Assembly: GCA_963662465.1 (NCBI GenBank)
Contig: OY759599.1
Span: 1,728,001 to 1,792,000, forward strand
Direction of reading: 5' to 3'
DNA: 64,000 nt
From: Desulfatiglandales bacterium
GTDB lineage: Bacteria; Desulfobacterota; DSM-4660; Desulfatiglandales; Desulfatiglandaceae
In this document: in pieces, positions 58,264 to 64,000 of the stretch
Position numbering within the stretch: position 1 is the stretch's first letter
Layout: each line of letters starts with the position of its first letter
Translations under genes and position numbers: made by a program
Notes under the pieces: generated by a model
Database searches by the model: none
What the model saw: only the letters and a program-made list of their open reading frames with translations
What the model was told of the DNA's origin: nothing

Positions 58264-58505
58264 ACATTTAAAATTATCCTTGCTGCGGTTGGCCGTGGCT
58301 TCCAATCGCTGCGTCAGCGACGAAAATGGGTCTTCAAGGTCAGGAACAAGATTTGCGGGAATTGCGAAGTGCTGATCACGGAACTGAACAAGTATCCCGT
58401 CAAAAATCAATGACGGCCGTCTACGATGCCCTTTTTTCCTATAAAATCGGCCCCTTGAACAAAAAATCACGCGAATCAGCGATGAGCCAAGAAAAAGGCC
58501 GTCGG

Positions 58506-58793
58506 TTAAAGCAAATGTTTGCGTGCTGATCTTTCCAGTTTCAAGGTCACAAGGTTCTTTTTATCAGAACATTCAACCTCGATCGTATCGCCGGTCCACC
58601 AGGGGAGATGCCCCCCAAACTGGAAAATTGAAAGCGTCGGGAAAATATCATGATAAAAAAAACCGCATAATCCGCCGGGATTGTGACAACTGATTTCAAA
58701 TGTATCACCTTTCCGGTGTCCGGCGCTGCATTTTCCTTTTGCACTAATGACTGTTGCAACAACTTTTTGGCCGATTCCGGGATCAATCGCCAT
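58506..58793 (-). CDS. TIGR04076-like small Cys protein
   Basis: KGKCSAGHRKGD.F...GLCGFFYHDIFP..QFGG...VECSD. Confidence 0.75.
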   Translation of the reverse strand: MAIDPGIGQKVVATVISAKGKCSAGHRKGDTFEISCHNPGGLCGFFYHDIFPTLSIFQFGGHLPWWTGDTIEVECSDKKNLVTLKLERSARKHLL

Positions 58794-58837
58794 TTTAATG
58801 TCTCCTCTCTTGTTTCCCTGATTGTTTACCTCTCCAT

Positions 58838-60775
58838 TTATGGATGCTTTTTTTTTGCCTTATCCAGGATTCTTCTCACGGTATTTGCCATTTTTTCTTG
58901 TTCTACCGGCTTCATCAAGAACGCATCAATCGGCAAATCGGTTGCTGTTTTGGCATTGACCTTTTCACTGAAACCCGTACACAGAATCACGGGAATATCC
59001 GGTCGGATTCCCTTCACCGCCATCGCCAGTTTGTCCCCGGTCATGGCCGGCATTGTCATGTCCGTAATCATTAAATCAAAAGAACCTGGCCCTGCCCGAA
59101 AAGTTTCCAGCGCTTCCCTGCTGCCGGTTCGGATGATGACGGTATACCCCAAACGCTCCAGGCTTTGTTTTTGCATCTTTACGATCGTCGGTTCATCATC
59201 CACCACCAATATACGTTCGATGCCCAACGGCAGTGATTCTGATTCCCAAGGTTTTTCACTCTCGGAGGGTTGTCCGGCCAGCGGCAAATAGACGTGGAAC
59301 GTCGTTCCTTTGTCAGGTTCGCTGTAAACGGTGATATGCCCCCCGTGAATTTTCACAATGCCGTGGACCACGGAAAGTCCCAGCCCCGTGCCCTTGTCCG
59401 GATCCTTGGTGGTGAAGTAAGGGTCGAAAATCAGGTTTAAATTTTCTTTTGGAATGCCGCATCCATTATCGCTTACAAGAATTTCAGCATACTTCCCCGG
59501 CGAAAGATCCGGATATTGATTGGCCATGTTTTCATCGAAACTTACCGCTTCCAGGCCGATTTCGATGATACCGTTCTCATGGACGGCATGAGATGCGTTG
59601 GTGACGAGATTTAATAAAACCTGATTCATTTGAGATGGATTGGCGTCTATGATGAGCATTGCTTCGCTGATGCGTTCTTTGATTTCAATATTTGTCGGGA
59701 TCGTTGACCGGAGCATTCGGATGGTTTCCGTGACCAGCGGGTTCAATGACATCGGTTTTTTTTCCTGCGCGCTCTTCCTGCTGAAGGTCATGATCTGCTT
59801 GATCAGATCCTTGGCCCTGTGGCCCGCGGTAAGAACTTCTTTGAGATTGTCGTGTAAGGGGGTTCCCGGTGTGACATCGTCTAATGAAAGTTCCGTGAAA
59901 CCGATCACTGAGGATAATATATTGTTGAAATCATGGGCAATGCCGCCGGCCAAGGTGCCAATGGCCTGTAATTTTTGTGCCTGTTGGAGTTGGGATTCCA
60001 TTTTTTTCATTCCCGTCACATCCTCCATTAGGCCTTCTAAAACGATTGCTCCTTCTTTATTTTTCGATTTTCGAATATGCAATTTCACCCAGATACTCTG
60101 ACCACCCTTTTGCCTGAATTCAAGCTCACCGATTAAAAAGCCCTCACGAATCACTTCATCAACAACTTTATCCCTTTCTTCCGGTCGAGCATAAAGATCG
60201 GCAATATGGTTAATCGCTTCCAATTCTTCATAGGAAGCATAACCTAATATTTTCACCAATTTTTGATTGGCAAAGATAAATTTGCCGTCAAGGGTAACCT
60301 GATAAACCCCTATCAATGCATTTTCTAATATTTTCCGGTATCTTTCCTCGCTTTTTTTCAGATCGGCTTCAGCCTTCTCGCGTTCATCTCTTAATGTCTT
60401 TTTTTCCATTACCGCAAGAATGGTCTGCGGCAATCTCCGGATATGGTTGGGTCGTTTGATCACATAATCGGATGCGCCTTGTTTGAGCGCCATCACCGCA
60501 ATTTCTTCAGAGCCGGTTCCGGTAACGATAACGACCGGTATCCGCGGATCATGCGCACGGACCATATCGAGAACCTGGAGCCCCTCAAACCCGGCAATGT
60601 TAAAATCGCTCAAGACCACATCAAATGGTCGATTTTTAATTAACGCTTCAAATTCCTGTCTGTTGGAGGCTTCAGTAACCTCGAACCCGCCATGCTCTTT
60701 TTCCAGAGCATCTCTTACCAGTTCACGGTCGAGGTCGTAATCATCGATATACAGTATCCTGATGTCGTCACTCAT
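58838..60775 (-). CDS. Hybrid histidine kinase (REC-PAS-HisKA-HATPase-REC)
   Basis: AGGIAHDFNN, KGTGLGLSVVHG, receivers at both ends. Confidence 0.92.
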   Translation of the reverse strand: MSDDIRILYIDDYDLDRELVRDALEKEHGGFEVTEASNRQEFEALIKNRPFDVVLSDFNIAGFEGLQVLDMVRAHDPRIPVVIVTGTGSEEIAVMALKQGASDYVIKRPNHIRRLPQTILAVMEKKTLRDEREKAEADLKKSEERYRKILENALIGVYQVTLDGKFIFANQKLVKILGYASYEELEAINHIADLYARPEERDKVVDEVIREGFLIGELEFRQKGGQSIWVKLHIRKSKNKEGAIVLEGLMEDVTGMKKMESQLQQAQKLQAIGTLAGGIAHDFNNILSSVIGFTELSLDDVTPGTPLHDNLKEVLTAGHRAKDLIKQIMTFSRKSAQEKKPMSLNPLVTETIRMLRSTIPTNIEIKERISEAMLIIDANPSQMNQVLLNLVTNASHAVHENGIIEIGLEAVSFDENMANQYPDLSPGKYAEILVSDNGCGIPKENLNLIFDPYFTTKDPDKGTGLGLSVVHGIVKIHGGHITVYSEPDKGTTFHVYLPLAGQPSESEKPWESESLPLGIERILVVDDEPTIVKMQKQSLERLGYTVIIRTGSREALETFRAGPGSFDLMITDMTMPAMTGDKLAMAVKGIRPDIPVILCTGFSEKVNAKTATDLPIDAFLMKPVEQEKMANTVRRILDKAKKKHP

Positions 60776-60800
60776 TTTTGAATCCTCCCCCTATCGCGCA

Positions 60801-61244
60801 TCAATCCATCGGAGGTTCCACATTTAGCGTGAACCAGTAGTCGGAGACTTGTTTGACCACTTCCAAAAAAGCATCAAAGGAAACCGGTTTCACCAGATAG
60901 CTGTTGGCGCCGTTGTCGTAGCTCATGGCTCTGTCACCCTCATCCCTTGAAGAGGTGAGAATGATGACCGGCAGGCGTTTCAGTTTGTCGGTGACTTTAA
61001 TCCGTTTCAGTACTTCGTGGCCGTCAATCCCAGGCATCTTGAGGTCCAACAGAACAATATCCGGCAAGGGGTATTGTTTACGATCCCCATATTTTCCTTC
61101 GCCGAATAGAAATTCAAGGGCTTCTTTTCCATCCCTGGCCACCTGGATTTTATTTCCCAGGCGGGCCTCTTTGAACGCATCGATAATCAGTTCAACATCC
61201 ATCGCATTGTCTTCAACCAGAAGTATGGTGGCGGCTTTTGTCAT
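60801..61244 (-). CDS. Single-domain response regulator (Rcp1-like)
   Basis: LLVEDN, LLDLKMP, ILTSS, GANSYLVKP. Confidence 0.92.
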   Translation of the reverse strand: MTKAATILLVEDNAMDVELIIDAFKEARLGNKIQVARDGKEALEFLFGEGKYGDRKQYPLPDIVLLDLKMPGIDGHEVLKRIKVTDKLKRLPVIILTSSRDEGDRAMSYDNGANSYLVKPVSFDAFLEVVKQVSDYWFTLNVEPPMD

Positions 61245-61261
61245 TGGGGTGTCCTCTCGTA

Positions 61262-63049
61262 TCAGTCGGTTGTTGCCGTTAAAAGTTTTATCTTGAAAAC
61301 GCTTCCTTTGGCAAGCGCCGATTCAACCCAGACCCGACCCCCCATGATTTGTACCGCTTTTTTAACGGCGGCCAGTCCGATGCCGGTTCCAGGATACGCT
61401 TCCTGGCTGTGAAGCCTCTGGAATATATTGAATATTTTTTCATGATACTCAGGTTCAATGCCGATCCCGTTGTCGGCGATGGATACGATTACGGTTTGAT
61501 TTTCCACCTCAAGCCTGACATCAACAAGTGGTGGCTCATTGGGCTTATGGTATTTTACGGCATTTTCCAGAAGGTTGATAAAAATATGGGTCGTTAGCGT
61601 TAAATCCCCTTGGATAATCGGCATCCCTTCGGGAAGATTGATGCGAGCTCCTGTCTTTTTTATAGGATCTGAAAGTGTCTCCAAGGCTGATGCAAAGACA
61701 TTATCAAGGGATACGGTTTCGGATTGGATGGCCTTTCGCCCCAGACGGGAAAATTTAAGCAGGTCATCGATCAGTTCTCCCATTTGCCCGCTTGCCTTGA
61801 CGATATTATCGAAATAGTGCCGGCCTTCTTCATTGAGAGACGCTTTATGCCGGCGATGGATGATCTGAGCGAAACCGCTGATGGAGCGCAGGGGGGCGCG
61901 CAAATCGTGGGATACCGAGTATACAAAATCTTCAAGCTCTTTGTTGGCTTCCTCCAGCGCCACGGTGCGTTGGTGAACCCGCAATTCAAGGTTCCGATTC
62001 AGCTCAAGGATCTCTTCCTCGGCTTTCTTGCGGTCGGTGATATCCTGCAAAGTGCCATACAATTTAAGGCATTGCTTTTCCTTTCTGATGGCCCGGCCAA
62101 TGGCACGGAACCATCTTATGTTGCCCTTTGCGGTTCGGGCCTGGGCCTCGAAATCCAAGGGTCGATCCTCTTCAACCAAAGCCTGCATGGCATCGGAAAC
62201 CAGGGGCCGGTATTCAGGAAGATAATAGGCAAGGTGTTCATCCGGGCCGGGAACGGGCTCATCGTATTTTATTTCAATGATATCATAGGCGCCCTGTGTC
62301 CATTTGGACCGGCCGGTAGCAAGATCCATTTCCCACCCGCCGATTTTGGCTATCCTGCCCACTTCATTCAGAAGTCTTTCGCTATTCTGACGTGCCTGCT
62401 CCGCCTGCTCGCGTTCACGAATTTCTTTTTCAAGCTGTATATTGGCAAAACTGACTCTGGAAATATAGGATGTAAATTTAGCCAGGAAATCCATCAGATG
62501 TGTAATGGTTTCCCGACTGTACCTCGGTATGCGTCGGAATGCATCCATATAAGACGCTGGGTCAAATCCGTATGTTTTCGCCTGCTGAATAAAAAAATCT
62601 TCATTTACCGGTTCATCATCATAGAAAAATTGCCCGGTATAGATGTTCCCCAAGTGTTTGCCGCCCACATACAGCGGCGTAACAACATCCCTCAAACCGT
62701 TTTTGCATTTATATTCGATATATTCACCCGGCTTAAGATTCCTTGCTAAAAAGAGATCGCTTTCTGTGCAGTTGAGTGCTGTTTTGGGATTGATGCGATG
62801 AAATTTAGTACAGATATCCTGCCATCCCGTGGCTTCGATCACGTTTCCTTTCAGATCCAGTACGGCGGTTGCCATCTTCGTCAGAGAATGAAAATCGTCC
62901 ATGATGGACTGGATTTCTTCGGCATTGATGATAGCGTGAAGGTCAAGATCCTGGATTAGGATATTTTTCATCTGATGACGTTCACGCTTTTCCTGCTCCA
63001 ACGCTTTCACTCTTTGTTCTAATTCTTCATAGGTTGGTTTTTCATCCAT
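61262..63049 (-). CDS. PocR-sensor/PAS histidine kinase
   Basis: GWQDICTKFHR..C.ESD..YKCKNGL..GQFF (PocR), PAS, SVSHDLRAPLR, GTGIGLA. Confidence 0.9.
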   Translation of the reverse strand: MDEKPTYEELEQRVKALEQEKRERHQMKNILIQDLDLHAIINAEEIQSIMDDFHSLTKMATAVLDLKGNVIEATGWQDICTKFHRINPKTALNCTESDLFLARNLKPGEYIEYKCKNGLRDVVTPLYVGGKHLGNIYTGQFFYDDEPVNEDFFIQQAKTYGFDPASYMDAFRRIPRYSRETITHLMDFLAKFTSYISRVSFANIQLEKEIREREQAEQARQNSERLLNEVGRIAKIGGWEMDLATGRSKWTQGAYDIIEIKYDEPVPGPDEHLAYYLPEYRPLVSDAMQALVEEDRPLDFEAQARTAKGNIRWFRAIGRAIRKEKQCLKLYGTLQDITDRKKAEEEILELNRNLELRVHQRTVALEEANKELEDFVYSVSHDLRAPLRSISGFAQIIHRRHKASLNEEGRHYFDNIVKASGQMGELIDDLLKFSRLGRKAIQSETVSLDNVFASALETLSDPIKKTGARINLPEGMPIIQGDLTLTTHIFINLLENAVKYHKPNEPPLVDVRLEVENQTVIVSIADNGIGIEPEYHEKIFNIFQRLHSQEAYPGTGIGLAAVKKAVQIMGGRVWVESALAKGSVFKIKLLTATTD

Positions 63050-63221
63050 TGGAAAAATCTCCTGTCCTCAAAAAGAAAAGTGTTTCGAGCATCTCTCCAT
63101 AAACGATAATGATCGGTCGTGGGAAGGGATATAATAGCCATCATAATGCTTTGGTTCCGGAAACGCAAACGGCAATATGGCGATTGAAGGCAGAGCCTTT
63201 TTATATGCTTTACGGTTAAGT

Positions 63222-64000
63222 CTATTTTTTCTCCGGCCTCAGCAGAAGCTGTTGCGCCGGGCCAAAGCAGCGCCTGCAAACAATGCGCACCCCCAAAAAA
63301 GACAGCATGGCCGTAGCGCCCACGAGCATGACCATCACCAGGATCTGATAGCGGATGGCCAGGACGGGATCGGCCCCGGCCAGGATCTGGCCGGTCATCA
63401 TGCCGGGTATGAACACCACGCCGGCCGCCATCATGGAATTGATGGCGGGAATCATGGCGGCTCGCATGGCATTTCCGACCATGTCCTTTGAGGCTTCCCG
63501 GTAGTTTGCGCCAAGACAGAGCATCATTTCCACTTCCTGCCGTCTTTTTTTCAGCTCGCCCAGGAGCCGATCCAGGGATATGGCTACCGCATTCATGGAG
63601 TTGCCGATGAGCATTCCGGCCAGCGGTATGAAATACTGAGGTTTCCACCATGGTTTAGCACCAATGACCACACCGGTAATCAGAAAGGCGATCAAGGCAT
63701 AACTGACGGTCATCGAAAGCAACATGGGCCAGAAAAAGGCAACCCGGCTTTCCTTGATGCGGCTTCGGATGATTCGAACCGCAAAAACGATCATGAACAG
63801 GAACACGGCCAAAACCGGCCAGACCGAATCCAGATGGAAGACGAATTTCAGCACATAGCCCAGCAGAAACAATTGTGCAAAGGTCCGGATGGTCCCCACC
63901 AGAAGGTCTTTTTCCAGTCTGAGGCCATGATACAGGGATGCGCCCCCGGCCGCAAGAACGAACACCAGGGCGAGAATGAGTTGATATGGGCCGATTTCAA
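63222..64000 (-). CDS. fetB: ABC transporter permease, FetB/YbbM (UPF0014) family, 5' end outside window
   Basis: RTFAQLFLLGYVL, PQYFIPLAGMLIGNSM, PGMMTGQILAGADP..AIRYQI. Confidence 0.85.
   Translation of the reverse strand, partial: EIGPYQLILALVFVLAAGGASLYHGLRLEKDLLVGTIRTFAQLFLLGYVLKFVFHLDSVWPVLAVFLFMIVFAVRIIRSRIKESRVAFFWPMLLSMTVSYALIAFLITGVVIGAKPWWKPQYFIPLAGMLIGNSMNAVAISLDRLLGELKKRRQEVEMMLCLGANYREASKDMVGNAMRAAMIPAINSMMAAGVVFIPGMMTGQILAGADPVLAIRYQILVMVMLVGATAMLSFLGVRIVCRRCFGPAQQLLLRPEKK

Noticed and set aside
50501..64000. Novel system in the right-hand 14 kb
   Set aside because: Only ordinary metabolic, helicase, two-component and transporter genes. I saw no repeats or unexplained structure, and I recognised no tRNA or rRNA genes in the window.

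Overview
The window is bacterial DNA, probably from a sulfate-reducing Desulfobacterota ('deltaproteobacterium'), inferred from sat with a Rex-like site, a GTP-PEPCK and the gene families present. It has two parts. (1) Positions ~1-49.4 kb are a heavily rearranged accessory mosaic. It holds general-stress-type genes (CsbD, BON/OsmY-like, lmo0937-like, Sll1863-like coiled-coil, ClsB, OmpA, GT4/GH130 cluster, gpmA, class I aldolase, baeRF, DUF2254), a c-di-GMP/two-component operon and two ATPase-nuclease loci. It also holds an ISAs1-family IS with a 10-bp TSD, a group II intron, REP-containing MITE-like elements, vestigial integron attC sites and many short gene remnants. (2) Positions ~49.4-64 kb are ordinary housekeeping and signalling genes. 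The main unexplained structure is a dispersed family of ~200-300 bp non-coding modules. A full module has the 3' tail of a sigma54 enhancer-binding-protein (bEBP) gene, a tandem palindrome (CCTCAATATATGGAGG-TT-CCACCAAATATTGAGG), an IHF-like box, a sigma54 -24/-12 box 96-99 bp further on, and an ATG exactly 14 nt after the -12 C. I count 9 promoter boxes, 8 full and 2 partial palindrome pairs, and 6 orphan bEBP tails. The native copy follows the one intact bEBP gene (26083-27825). This looks like a portable sigma54 promoter cassette that has placed a stress regulon under one activator. A second sigma54 promoter type (tandem GGTCA-N4-TGACC) occurs twice. All family calls come from reading motifs by eye; no database searches were run.
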